A stretch of DNA of 62,242 bases, the filler included, from Choristocarpus tenellus KU-1152 (Eukaryota > Protista > Phaeophyceae), in NCBI GenBank assembly GCA_964200185.2. It is 10 parts of 10 records of this genome, joined end to end, with 100 filler letters (N's around TTAATTAATTAA, not from the genome) between each part and the next. Parts side by side here need not be neighbours in the genome. Positions count along the whole stretch, not along the records: positions 1 to 14,982 come from CAXNAD020001085.1; positions 15,083 to 19,821 come from CAXNAD020013256.1; positions 19,922 to 23,110 come from CAXNAD020021673.1; positions 23,211 to 26,551 come from CAXNAD020020698.1; 6 more parts are not named here. One strand, 5' to 3'. This document shows positions 13,601-25,493 of this stretch, one piece after another (the stretch's first letter is position 1; every line of letters begins with the position of its first letter). The position numbers were made by a program, and so were the translations under genes. The notes beneath the pieces are model-generated. The model did not search any database. It worked only from the letters and a program-made list of their open reading frames with translations, and had not been told where the DNA came from.

Positions 13601-14982
13601 GGGAACTAAGTAATACCGACAGGGAACTAAGTAATATCGACAGAGAACTAAGTAATATCGACAGAGAACTAAGTAATACCGACAGGGAACTACGTAATAT
13701 CGACAGGGAACTAAGTAATACCGACAGGGAACTAAGTAATACCGACAGGACATTCAATATTTTTCACAAGACATGGTACAAAGTGTGCATCACAGGTACT
13801 GACAGGGAATAGTGGAGGTCTAATACTTGCTAACACAAAAAATCAAAAGTATAAACAGGGGAAATCTTCTTAACCCTATGATGCAACCAGTTTGGTCAGA
13901 GTTGTCAATTCCACAAGTCAAACAAGAGGATTTCAGAGGTTGATGAGACACAGATACCTAGAGGAAGTACTACCTATAGGGGAGAAGTTATGACTTCAGG
14001 GGGGGCAAGACACATATTGCATCATAGAACTCTTGACATCAAAATATTCACCTTGGGTGAAGGACTGGGGATGGCTACTAACAACCCTAACCCTAACCCA
14101 ACCAGACAATAGAGGTGTAGACCTGCTATGACAATGAGTACTCTCAAATTAAATTAAAATTTCTAATTCAGACAAAAAACACACCACACACCTCTATATA
14201 GGTAAGGGTTAAGGCAACAAATATACTGGCGCGTCTGTATACTTCCTAACCTTAACCCTAACCCTTATATTTCCATACAATAACATTACTAGAGCTCACT
14301 CTACTATAAGAAAAAAAAACACATATACACACAAACACACCACTCACCCAGAAGTGTCCCAATGCTCGCATGCTGTCCTACATGATATCTGCACCTGCTG
14401 GGGAGCATACTTTGTCAACCGCAGACGGGAAAATGCCTCCCACCACAAGGAACCTTCTTCAGGAAGCTTCCAGACCCCGTCCACCACCTCTGACCCCATC
14501 CACATAGCTGAAATAGATTCGGGACTCCAATCTTGTCCATGATGCCGGCGCGACACTCCCTCCCACCCCCGCCTTCCCCACCTAAAAATATCCAGGAACC
14601 CTAACCCGGATGTCCGGTGCTGCCCCCCCGACGTTCTCCGTCGGAAAACATCACCCTCTTCCCTGTCAATCCCAGCCTCTGTCTCCTCTAACCCTAAGCC
14701 ATGCTGAGGGTGATTTCTAACAAAACCTTCCCTAACATCAACATCACCCCCCCGACTCTCCATCCCCCTGCCCTCCTCTTTCCCCCCCCCCATGTTCTTG
14801 CCTTCATCATCATCATCACCGTAAACAATGCTAACTGATAGGTCCACATCAGCAGCCTTCTGTTTTCCATCCCTACCCCTAGACCCTTGGAATTGTTCCT
14901 CTTCCCCCCCCTCCCCCTCCCTGTCCACCCCATCATCCCGTTCCACATTTATCGACCTGATACCTACTGGTTGCCCTCCCCC
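1695..14982 (-). CDS. PAPS-dependent sulfotransferase (Sulfotransfer_1, heparan-sulfate 3-O-sulfotransferase-like), multi-exon, 5' end truncated by the gap
   Basis: Exons in transcript order: ~14982-14348, 13383-13254, 11768-11722, 11402-11217, 10224-10145, 8943-8804, 7828-7748, 6781-6692, 5403-5287, 1802-1695 (TGA). All have GT-AG borders with matching phases. The spliced protein has the 5'-PSB motif PGVFVPGTQKGASTFLFHAISWHPQ, GFKE, GDGTVTY, the 3'-PB motif KVVFALRDPVARAWSDY, KGLYFFQVLHW, VYKFLGL and the C-terminal LQDFYRPFNKKLYELMRRDLGW. The upstream boundary of the first exon is uncertain. Confidence 0.92.
3519..3672. repeat. Intronic minisatellite, ~24-bp unit (cattaccaacataattaccatcat)
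   Basis: About 6 degenerate tandem units. They explain the His-rich ORF 3288..3950. Confidence 0.85.
4868..4917. repeat. 12-bp tandem repeat (ctgattgtatca) x4
   Basis: Directly visible in the sequence. Confidence 0.85.
13587..13750. repeat. 21-bp minisatellite (gtaatayCGACAGrGAACTAA) x~8
   Basis: Head-to-tail units without spacers, inside a sulfotransferase intron. Confidence 0.92.
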
Positions 14983-15082
14983 NNNNNNNNNNNNNNNNNN
15001 NNNNNNNNNNNNNNNNNNNNNNNNNNTTAATTAATTAANNNNNNNNNNNNNNNNNNNNNNNNNNNNNNNNNNNNNNNNNNNN
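14983..15082. other. Artificial contig-joining spacer (N44-TTAATTAATTAA-N44)
   Basis: The same 100-nt block recurs at 19822, 23111, 26552, 30764, 33836, 41587, 54162 and 59250. TTAATTAATTAA gives stops in all six frames. Confidence 0.97.
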
Positions 15083-15240
15083 GTGGGGGATCTACACCAG
15101 GGTGTCCATTTGGACCAAAGTCAGGAAAAGTGCATTTGCGTTATCCACCGGACGCATGTAACCAAATCACCCAAAAATCGCGACATGAAAAAATTGACCC
15201 CAAATGGCAGCCGCCACCCCCCTCCAAGATACTTTGAACC
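15083..15240. mobile_element. MITE family B (poly-G TIR), truncated by gap
   Basis: Ends in ccccctccaagatactttgaacc. Its start tacaccagggtgtccattt is the reverse complement of the copy at 19975-19995. Confidence 0.7.
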
Positions 15241-16199
15241 TGTCACGTTGAGTGTGGAAAGGGGGAATATTAATTTTGCGTACACTATCGTGCACGTAAA
15301 GCAATGAACTATAGTGTATTTGTGCTGGGTAAGAAAGATGGCTTAGAATACAAAAGCCTGCTACCTCTCAATTGGTTCGACTCATTGCTATTTAATTGTG
15401 GGGATATACTGCACGTTGTCAACTCCCCTCACTTGTGCGCTACACTTCTATGGAGATGAGGGGTTTAGGAGTGTGGAGAAGCGAGAGTATCCCGTTGCTA
15501 GGTGAGATGCAGGATATGGGGCGGTAACAAATTGATTTTGTGGAACATTTTGAAATATGAGTATGTGGAACGGTGGATGCTTGCTCGATTATTGCTGTGG
15601 AAAGATTTATCAAAGGATTCACCTGTTTGTTCGAGTTTGCTATCGAATATTTGCAAAGTTGTGGTTCAAATTGGTACCTGCTAGGGGTTAGAGGATGAGA
15701 TGAGAGATATAGAGTTCACTGATTCTTGACCACCCTTGCATGAATTCGCACACCTGACGAGGACAAGCTTCATCTGTTGCAGATATTTTTTTCACAGGTT
15801 TCACCTGTATATGCTACATGTTGTAGAGATGTAGTTTGTTTTTACTTCCTCCGTTCGGAATTATATGTAACATAACTTTTGCAATCTCCGTTCTTGCCCT
15901 GCACGAGGCTTAGTTCTCATATAGATTGGGAGGCATGTCAAGTTTGGGATAGTGGGCTGTCATGATTGTGGAGTATCACCAGTACAAAATCGGCCAAGTC
16001 GCATTTGATGGGTTCAAAAACCTCATGAAGCTGTCAAAGCGGGTGTTTATTGGGATGCATAGGATGAAGGCCCCCTGTCGTCCGAGCGGCTTGCTCATCC
16101 CGTCGTAGTCCGTCAGTCCCAATTCTTCGACCCAGAAGTCTGTCCGGGGTCCAGACTCAAACACCCCGATGACGAACAGCATGGTGGCGAGATATATGG

Positions 16200-17870
16200 G
16201 GGCGAGAGTGTTGAGACTTGGATGCCTCGGGGGATGGTGTCGGCCATTGCGGAGGACTTAGGAATTCCCAAATCATCGTGTTCCGTCATCTGAAGGAGTA
16301 TGCCAACCAGATCGCACGGGGTGAATGCATGCATGGACATTGTATGACGTTGCAAGGGGCGATGTGGTCATCATATAAGTATCCTTGACGTTTGGGGTGT
16401 CCCATCGGTACACCGCACCACATCTTTTCGCAAAAGGGCAGCCAGAACTGGGGTACATCCTTCTGCAAATGGGCACCCAAAGCCGGGGTCTCCCTTGCCT
16501 CATTCTGGGATCTGTGCAAGGGCAAGAAGGTGAAGAGAGTCAAGTGGTGGATTAAGTCAGTCCTCTCAGACCAGCAGAAAGTCAACAGGGTGGGTTTTTT
16601 CATCAGTCACACGCACAGGAGAGAGGGAAGTGGGTGTAGTCGATGATCTGTATGACTTGGTGCATGTGGACGAGAAGTGATTTTACATCCTTAAAGATGG
16701 GCAAGGGGTCTATCTGCACCCCACTGAGGACCCCCCAAACCCCCTCAGACACAGAATAAGTGCTACGTTATGAAGTTGATGTTCCTTGCAGCGGTGGCCC
16801 GCCGAAGGAAGCTCTCCAATGGGGTGTGGTTCGATGGGAAAATCGAGATCTGGCCAATCGTGGATGTTAAGGTTGTCCAACACTCCGGCAAACACCACCA
16901 CAAGGGCACCAAGGAGCTTGTGCCAATGGCAGTGGAGAGGGAGACGTATAAGAAGCCCATGATTAAGGGTGTCATCCCGGCAATCAAGTTCTACAGACCA
17001 AGGCTGGAAGGACAAACCATCTTTGTGCAGGAGGACAGGGCAAAGCTACACACCAACAGGGGGATCATGGAGGTAATCGAGGAGGCAACGGGAGAAGACA
17101 TTGTCATAGAGACCCAGCCAGCTAACTCACCTGACCTCAACATCATCGACCTGGGATTCTTTCATTCCATCCAGCAACTGAAGGAAGACGTGTTACAGGC
17201 AAATAAAATAGCGGGAGTATTTCTTCCCATGTTCTAACGAGTGCGAGCAGTATACACACGTGGGGAACCTTATAAAAAGGAACTCCGACTTCCTAGAAGT
17301 TGCAGAGTAAGATTTGTAACTCGGGAATGTATGCAACGGTTTTCAGATGTATTCCAACTTCTGTAAACCAAAATAAATAAAACGAAGATGACGATAAAAT
17401 AAATAAAAGAGTATAGGACATATCAATGCATTCTCATCACTTTTCTTAAAATATATATAATGCACTATACACCGACGTGATCGAGAAAGTACCCCCTGTT
17501 CAGCTGATCTGATGTGCGTTGGACCCCTTGACTGTTGGAATATACTGGGAGGCTGGTACGAGCATCAGCGTCATCTATATACCTGTGGATTAGAGCTATA
17601 CATCCTGTGGAGGTAAGCTTCTGGAGCGTCCTGTAACAGACGTGGGGGTGACGAACACAGAGGAGGTGGTGGAGGCTACAATGGAGGTGTTCGACGTGTA
17701 CCCCTGGAAGAACTAGAGCGTGTCTGGTAGAGTATCTTCACAGTCTACGATGAAGTGTTGGGATCCAAGAGTGACAATATCTTCAAAATTCCTCATCTTA
17801 GCAAGAAAAAGGCTGAGAGGGCAGGCAAGCTCCCCCTGAATGCTCTGGTGGACACAGCAAAATAGCATAC
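16200..17870 (+). pseudogene. Decayed Tc1/mariner (DD39D type) transposase, split by a solo LTR
   Basis: Motifs DLVHVDEK*FY, KLMFLAAVAR, FDGKIEIWP, IPAIK, VQEDRAKLH and QPANSPDLNIIDLGFFHSIQ. The frame resumes after 17638 (VGVTNTEEVVEAT...FKIPHL). Stops and frameshifts are present. Confidence 0.88.
17191..17638. mobile_element. Solo LTR (448 bp) inserted in the mariner transposase
   Basis: TGTTACAGG...CCTGTAACA 9-bp terminal inverted repeat with TG..CA ends and a 4-bp TSD (GACG) on both sides. The transposase frame rejoins when it is removed. Confidence 0.85.
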
Positions 17871-19921
17871 TGAAATGGAGTTTTGGAGGGCTTTGGGGGT
17901 GGAATCATAGATAGGGGTAGGCTGCCCCATTTCCTTGAAATTTTGGTGGGCAAACATTTAGTGCCTGCACAATACAACATAAAATATGAAGATACGAAGA
18001 AAAGCTTGCTTTTTCATCGGCGCTGCAAAAGTTATGTTACATTTAATTCCGAATGGAGGATTATGATATTTAGAGATATTATGATTTTTATATACACATA
18101 TGTATATAGTTTTCATTGGTTTCCCCCTGACACATCTGCAAAATGTCAGAGGGCATAATAATATATATTTAGAGATAGGTAAGATATGCAAATAACTAGA
18201 CTCGCAAGTCATTTTTTTCTGTTTATTCACAAAAGTTATGTTATAATTAATTCCGAACGGAGGAAGTATTATATTTAGAGTTAAGATAGGTAAATTAGTG
18301 TATGCGCAAACCATTTTTTTCTGTTTTTTCACCTTGGTTTTGTGGATTTATGATGTCATTTACTGGTGGTATAGAATACCTCATGAACCACACTTCTACA
18401 TTTCAGATGCGAGGTCTCATGAACACTACATACACATCAGGATAGGGCTTACCACAAGATCAAATTCAACTTCACCCAAGTTCCACTCTATACCAAATCG
18501 CCCTGCCATCTCCTGACCCTGTCCATTTATCCTACAGACCTTGCAGTCTCTATATCTGTGCCCTTCTTGCCACTACATACCTGAGGTTATAACTTAAATG
18601 CTTCTTTATTAATGCTGAGACCCTCCTCATAAGCTCATTACATTAAGGTCATATCGGAGTGCATAATCCTCTCAATCTGGTATACTGGTCCTTCTACTCC
18701 ACCGAAAATATGATGATACAACCATAGACATGCCATGCGTTTTAAGCTGGTCACCAGGGAGATGGGCAAGGAGGGTCTTGTTAGGTTCTTGGGATGCTTC
18801 CCTAGCTCCTCACCCTGGGGTGCAGGAATAGCTAGGTTGGAGGCACAGGAAGGTAGTGGTACAGCATAGCTGGCAGTAAAAATAGCAAATAGATTAATGT
18901 TTTTCCCAATTATGACAACTGTTACTTCTTTAGGGATTTTTCTGACATGTAAATAGTTTTCATTGGTTTTCCCCCCCACACATCTGCAAAATGTCAATAG
19001 CACAATCACATAATAATGATATAACCATACTACAGTCAAGATTGACCAGGCCGGTCCAGCAAAAATAATTGTTGTCCACAGTTCCGTCAGAGATTCGAAC
19101 CGGACCGGACGACCGACCGTCGCTGGATAAATACATACTCTTCTAGAAGTACGAAGTACTTCGTACTACTAGTATCTTTTATCAGGACCTGATTGTGACC
19201 AGCCTGTACTTGTAGAATATGTTTTAATTGGACCAATATAGATGGGACCAAATCGGCGAAACGTCCTATGGGTTTTTATGTGTTGGATATGCTTAGATGA
19301 TGGTGAGAGTGGGAGGGATCCTATTTGTTATCTTCATGTTCATAGGATCCACTGAGGATAAAGGGGAAGGGGGTGAAGGTGACTCCACCATTCTAAACTT
19401 CCTGGGTGCATGGTGAGGATGCAAACGACACAAGTCACATAAGGGGACTACATGAGTAGCCTCTTACTTGAGTCTGGTGAATTTGTGCACCTAATCAATA
19501 ATGTCATCAAGTCTTTGACCGTTACCAACTGGCTCACCCAGGCTTCGTTTTTTGTTCAGGAAGCCTTTCGTGTAAGCAATATAGAGTATGTTGTATTCTT
19601 TGCCTGTATGTTTCTATTTGTTCCCTCTATGACATCATCTGCATAATTTTACTGGGCATTATTATAATATACCTCTCTAAAGATCTACCTACCCATTTGT
19701 AGTGTTGGAGGTAAGATATCTTTCACCATATCTGTGAATCGCCGTGTGTGTCGCCAATGTGAATTGTGTGATTCTGTGGCGGCGTGGTTCACTCAGGCAA
19801 GGGTGGCGAAGAGAATCACCGNNNNNNNNNNNNNNNNNNNNNNNNNNNNNNNNNNNNNNNNNNNNTTAATTAATTAANNNNNNNNNNNNNNNNNNNNNNN
19901 NNNNNNNNNNNNNNNNNNNNN

Positions 19922-20025
19922 TTTTTGTTCATATACCGGATGTGTAATTGTATTTTTTTTTTCCTTGTTTTGGAAAAATGGACACCCTGGTGTAACCCCC
20001 CCCCCCCCCCCAGATACTTTGGGTC
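19922..20025. mobile_element. MITE family B end
   Basis: aaatggacaccctggtgtaa(c)n agatactttgggtc at the start of a contig. Confidence 0.65.
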
Positions 20026-20039
20026 ATGAGGACTGCTCA

Positions 20040-21745
20040 TCTGGACAGAGGTGATGACTTCGTCTCTACACTACCGGAGCAAGACCCTGAGCTCATGATG
20101 GACCCTGCAGAGGAGGAAAAAAAATGGGGCTTGACCTTAGAAACCTCCTTACAAGAGGCACAAAGGGCCGGGATGCCCTTGGGCGCCTAGGGGCGCCTAT
20201 AACAAGTGATAGCAACCAGGACCAATGTGTTCCGGGTATTCTTGGGGCGTGAACCACCTGCCAAGGTGGAGCCCATGCGGGTGGTGCTGAAGGAAGGGGT
20301 GACTCCTGTGAAGGCCAGACTCAGGGCGTCCCATTTTGAGCGACAGAGCTGGATGGCAGGATATATGGGCCTGCTGGTTGTACTGGGGATGTTGAGGCGG
20401 ACCCCGGAGGATGTATAGAGCAGCCCATCGTTGCCTTTGCCCAAGCCTGAGTGACGGGGCTACTGGCTGGTGACAGATTTAGCACGGTGAATATGGTGTC
20501 ACAAGCGGTGGACCTCTCACACCCCAGGGAGGAGTGCGCTATGCTAATGTCTCCAGATGCCTCTGACAAGCACTAGGGATGTTTTGTTACACAGGTCCCT
20601 CAGGTGGAGCTGAATGGAGGTGTGGCAGTAGAAAATACGAGCCATGAGCCGCTGGGATTCCTGAGTAGTTCTTTCCAGAGATCACAGCTACACTGAGCCA
20701 CGGTGAATAAGGCGGCATTCGCCATTGTGGGGACTTACCAGCGCCCGGAGCGGGTGCTCTGGCAGGTAGCCCACATATTTTGTGACCATAGCAATCTCGA
20801 AGATATCTTTCACCCATCCCTGTGTGTCACAGATCTGTCCAAGGTCACTGCCCAATGTCTTTTGCATTGAGTCACTTTCCTGGGACAGTAAGACTACACA
20901 ATCCAGCACATTGCTGGAGAGCGGAACTGCTGGGGGGGCTTGTTGTCCAGGTGGACTGATGTCCCTGTAGTGGTGGTGTGAACTGTAGCCGTGTCTACAG
21001 AGGTGCAGGGGGATGACACCCTGCCATCAAGAGCAGTGGTGCATGAGGCACAACTAGTGGCCGGTAAGGGCCCTAGGGGATGTGATGGTGCATGAAAGCG
21101 GAGGATTTATGACCTCTGTTGTCTGTCTACATCAAGGCCAGGATGGTATGGAGTGAATGTATCTTAGAGGGTACGATTTTTTCCCTGTTCGTCCATTTGG
21201 GGCTTGGCTTCCCTCAGGGTTCTTACGACATTTTCCAACTCCAAAATATTTCGGAGTAGGTATAATGTGTATGTTATGAAAGGTGTGTCCAGAACAAGGA
21301 TATTGACACTTCCTAACAACACGATAGCCAAAATTACATCAAAATCACAAGATTGGATATTGTCCCCCAAATGATGGTAGCTCTACCCTTGAAGATACTT
21401 TGGCTCATGACGCAGGTGGGTGCTGAGAAAATAGACCCATTGTGGATACCTGATGAGGCAAAGGATCTGTGGACACACCTGATGGTGTGCGGCACACATG
21501 GGTGAAACTGGGTATCTCACCCGGGCAGCAACGATGCAGTGACTAAAGAGGTTGTGGTTCTATGCAGACGAGGAGTTGAACGTGACCGCGGAGATGAGAC
21601 ATTCCAGTACACGCAAAACCAGGGGGAATTTGAAATGTCTAATATTCTGGCAGTGCAGGGTAAAAGGGTATGAATACCAGGTTTTGGTGGATTGGTTAGG
21701 GTTTAGTGAGGACGAGAGTACATGGGAGCCACTCTCTTCCATTTT
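20040..21745 (+). mobile_element. Degenerate Ty3/Gypsy (chromovirus-like) pol remnant
   Basis: RT start EPPAKVEPMRVVLKEGVTPVKAR; RNase H-like DASD..GCFVTQVP, HEPLGFLS, IFCDHSNL and YTIQHIAGERNCW; chromodomain YQVLVDWLGFSEDESTWEP. Many stops and deletions. Confidence 0.82.
21151..21406 (+). mobile_element. MITE family A copy
   Basis: TIR gagtgaatgtatcttagagggta / taccc..aagatactttggctc, TSD ATG, inserted in the Gypsy remnant. Confidence 0.9.
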
Positions 21746-22985
21746 AGTTGGATATTGTATGCAGCTCTTTGTCAAGCTGGCAGTTTTGCTACTATTGGTA
21801 GCATGCTTGGCTCTGGGGGTGTTGTGGACATAGCACGGAGGGTTTTCATAAGACAGCTGAGGCGTTTACATTGTTTGATGTTTGGAGCATATGTTGTCCT
21901 TGACAGGATCTATGCTCACTCCTTAAACAGATAACAGAACTGTAAGCCCCAACATGGGGTGGAGTCCTTACAAGTCATCACAGATCAGTTCCTGTGGTTG
22001 AACTGTCTATAGGACTCTTCTCGGATTTGTCGCACACCAATCATAGGGAGTAAGCCATCTCCACTGTGAAAGGAACAGCATGGTGTATGTCAAACCATGT
22101 ATGGTGTTTGATGTCAAAGGGCATCTCTGTACATAATTCTCATGAGACAAAAAATAATTTGGAGGCATTATTGAAGGACGGAAACGGTCAGGTAAAATCA
22201 CTTGGCATACCATCTGCACCAACCAGGCGTCACACCACCCTCTAATGACATCATTTAGTTCCTATCTAAAAGTGCTCTAGGTCATAAAATTGTGGCCTTC
22301 CAAGTACGACCAAAAGAGATGTGCAACTAAGTCAGATTGTGATCAAACGATGGCAGAGTACTAAAGGATCCTACGCAAGATTTGGGCTATTTATAGGTTG
22401 AGTCTGTCACACCCAAAGTAACCACAACGTTGAAACCACTAACACCGGGAACAATACCAAGCAGAAGTCACTGCCACTTGTCACAAAACACAACTAAACT
22501 CCTACCTACTCTGTGGCCCATCCACTCCCCATCCACACTTAACCACCCAACTCTTTCACATCATCACTGTACATGCTCAACTAACAAAAAGCTGCATGTG
22601 CATCCATGCGTATAGTGCATCCATAATTCGGAAGAGCACAGAACCTAAATAATTTCTAAATTCCACACACAACACTGGGCAACAGCATCACTCAGAAAAA
22701 CCAAACTGAATACCACAGACAAGGAACGCAAAATAAACCTTCGATTCATTTCCCCTCTCCCCTCCCCCCTCCCCCCTGGGAAAAAAAAACTAACCACAAA
22801 GTTGCAGCAAAAACAACAAAAAGGAATATTTTCAGAAGAGAATTTTTGTATCAAAGAAGAGCACCGCAGTGTGCGCTGCTCACGTAATGGTCACGTAATC
22901 ACAACCCACCCTCCACCACAATAAAAACAATATTGAGAATTCATGATCGATCCTGTTCCAATACCAAAGAGGTCCCCTACATCTC

Positions 22986-23033
<48 letters not shown>

Positions 23034-23210
23034 GTCCCCCCCACCCCCCCAAACCAAAAAACCACTTTTTTTTAAAACTGGGGCAGGGCTGGGCGCGGTG
23101 TTCTTGTTTTNNNNNNNNNNNNNNNNNNNNNNNNNNNNNNNNNNNNNNNNNNNNTTAATTAATTAANNNNNNNNNNNNNNNNNNNNNNNNNNNNNNNNNN
23201 NNNNNNNNNN

Positions 23211-23278
23211 AAAAAGTTAAAATCTAAAAAAGGGTGAAAAACGGATGCCCTCTCCCCCCCCCCCAGATACTTTGACCC
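23211..23278. mobile_element. MITE family B end
   Basis: (c)n agatactttgaccc near the start of a contig. Confidence 0.6.
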
Positions 23279-23885
23279 ATATTGACGACAGACACGACTT
23301 TGAGGAACAACATAAGACTATTTCTGTTCGCGAGTCACCCTCCACTTCGCCAATCCGACACATGCCCCCACAGATATGTTATGATGGAGAGATCAGACGT
23401 TATCTAAACCAACGGACTTACGCATTTCAAATGTTGAATTTAATTTATCTTCCCGAAGAGTTTGTATTTATGTGTCCTCCTCATACACATGTTTTTATTG
23501 GCCCGATGGCAACACAAATTTCGTCTCCATTGGTGCGTTCTGGCACCATCCCTTAATTCTTTTACTGCAATGCTACAATCGTTTTTCCTCCCCCTTTTGC
23601 ACTGATAGGACCACAGAGCAATTGGCAGAAACCTTACCGGAAATACACGTTGACGCACAAGCATCTCGTACTCCACACCACCATGTTCAGCACAAGTCGA
23701 GATTTCCACAACATATGTCATCTCTTCCACACCCAAACCAAGCGCCGGCAACAACCCAGAATCCAGGCTTTGAACCCAACGACAACTTCGCTGAGCCATA
23801 AAAACGTAGTCTACACCGACTCAAGCGCCAAGCGTAGACCCTAAATGCATTTTACCCCAAAATACTTCATACAAGAACGGTGGCT

Positions 23886-24094
23886 GGGTCCAAGTATCGT
23901 GGGGGGTGGTGGTTTGTGACGGGGCGTCCATTTCGGTCCGGACGAATTACTCAAAAATCATAGCAATTTCTGTCTTCGGTCGCAGAGTATTCACGACTGA
24001 AGACAGCAATTGCTATGATTTATGAGCACTTCGTCCGGACCGAAACAGACGCTCCCTCACAAACCACCCCCCCCCCTCCCAGATACTTTGACCC
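23886..24094. mobile_element. Full fold-back MITE (family B), near-perfect 209-bp palindrome
   Basis: gggtccaagtatcgtgggggg... pairs with ...cccctcccagatactttgaccc. The inner arms ttcggtccggacgaa / ttcgtccggaccgaa and aatcatagcaatt / aattgctatgatt also pair. Confidence 0.88.
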
Positions 24095-25233
24095 AAAAGA
24101 GGAATATAGCCAAGCTCAGTCGATCAATGTGGGGAGTCAAGAGTGGGTGGGAAAGGTTAGGAGTTATGAAAGTGGGAACAGTACATTGGGAAGGTGGCTA
24201 CCATTTTGTTGAATGTGATGTAGTGTTGAAATGTATTTATGAAATGTGTGGTTTGAGTGGTACATGTTCTTGTTTTGATTTAAGATTCGATGTGACGTTC
24301 GTGACTAATGTATATTTAGGAGAGAGATTGTAGAGATGTTTTGGAAGCATTTCATCAGTTGATATAAGTAGTAAGATTTTCCCTGTTCCAAATTTTATAA
24401 ACCCTTCATGTAGGTACTTGTTTAGGAGGATACGGTTTTGAAGATTGGGTTTTTATACTTGTATGAAAAAATAAAAAATCACTATATTTTCGTGTTCATT
24501 TGCACACGCTACAGTTGGATTCTGTAGTAAGAGTCTGTGTGTACCATGCTCCAAAACGTTTGGACATGACCAAACAGGTATTCCTTGGAAATGAGAAAAA
24601 ATATGAAGATCTGAGTGAAGTATAATTCGCGTATCTGTGGTTTGGGAAGTCACCCGTTTGTATCGGTTGGGAGACCTTCCTTGCTATAATTCATATTTGG
24701 AGGGGGCTGAAAGGCGTTCCCATATAGTATGTTCATGACATCGTTTTGAAGTCTATGTCTCAGTGGAGGTTGTGAAATGTTACGTGGATCGTTGTTAGCA
24801 GTGGACGGGGGAATGGAAATGATGCGTAATCGCTTATGAGGATGGACAGGAAAGGAAGATTGTTTGCAATTGGTGAAAGGAATGTTCCCTTAGATGTATG
24901 GTCGAATCGTGCAAGCATGTGTGGCAATATCGGTGAGACAGGGGTGACTGATGAAAGTCATGGAGCTGAAAATGAATGAAAGGTGGTGTATCAAAGCGTA
25001 GAGGAGAACGATATGGAGGTTGAAGATTTAAGAAGGGCATGATTGTGCAAGGGTGTATTGGTGGAATTGCATTGAGAGGAATGTCGATTAAAATATGTCA
25101 ATTTGGTTAAAGGAATTGTAGCAAAGTTAGGGAGAAATTGGGTGTTTTGAAATTCGGAGTCTTGTTGGATAAGCAAAGGTGGCGTGCATTTGCATATTGA
25201 AGGAGATTTGAAAGGAGATGAATGTTTAAATGG

Positions 25234-25493
25234 GAGTGAAAGTATCTTAGAGGGAAGAGCCGTGTTTGTTTGGGGTCCAAAATCCAATGTTACGATTTTC
25301 ATGTAATTTCGACCATTGTGTTTGTTACGAAGGGTCAATATCCTTTTTCCGGGCACATCTTTCAAAACGTACACATTTTGCCTACTCCAAAACATTTCAA
25401 AGTAGGAAAAACGGTCATAAAAAACACACGCGAAGCCAAGCCCCAAATGTACAAAAAAGGGCAAAACTTGTACCCTCTAAGGTACTTTCAGTC
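25234..25493 (-). mobile_element. MITE family A copy
   Basis: TIRs gagtgaaagtatcttagaggg / taccctctaaggtactttcagtc, 4-bp TSD ATGG. Confidence 0.9.

Larger units (their letters stand above)
2480..14700. repeat. Dense interspersed short telomeric repeats (CCCTAA/TTAGGG)1-5 in introns
   Basis: Roughly 50 short tracts, e.g. 3027, 3897, 4375, 5031, 5631, 5829, 6440, 7648, 7733, 8472, 8688, 10938, 11058, 12299 (5 units), 12543, 14083. Confidence 0.95.

Noticed and set aside
13587-13750. Possible CRISPR array
   Set aside because: The 21-bp units are contiguous with no unique spacers, and the array is intronic in a eukaryote.
15027-15038. Recurrent TTAATTAATTAA as a biological motif (e.g. piggyBac TTAA)
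   Set aside because: It is always centred in N runs of fixed length, so it is an assembly linker.
19075-19170. tRNA or SINE (minus-strand GGTTCGAATC box) and a 20-bp palindrome
   Set aside because: No cloverleaf or A box could be built, and there is no second copy.
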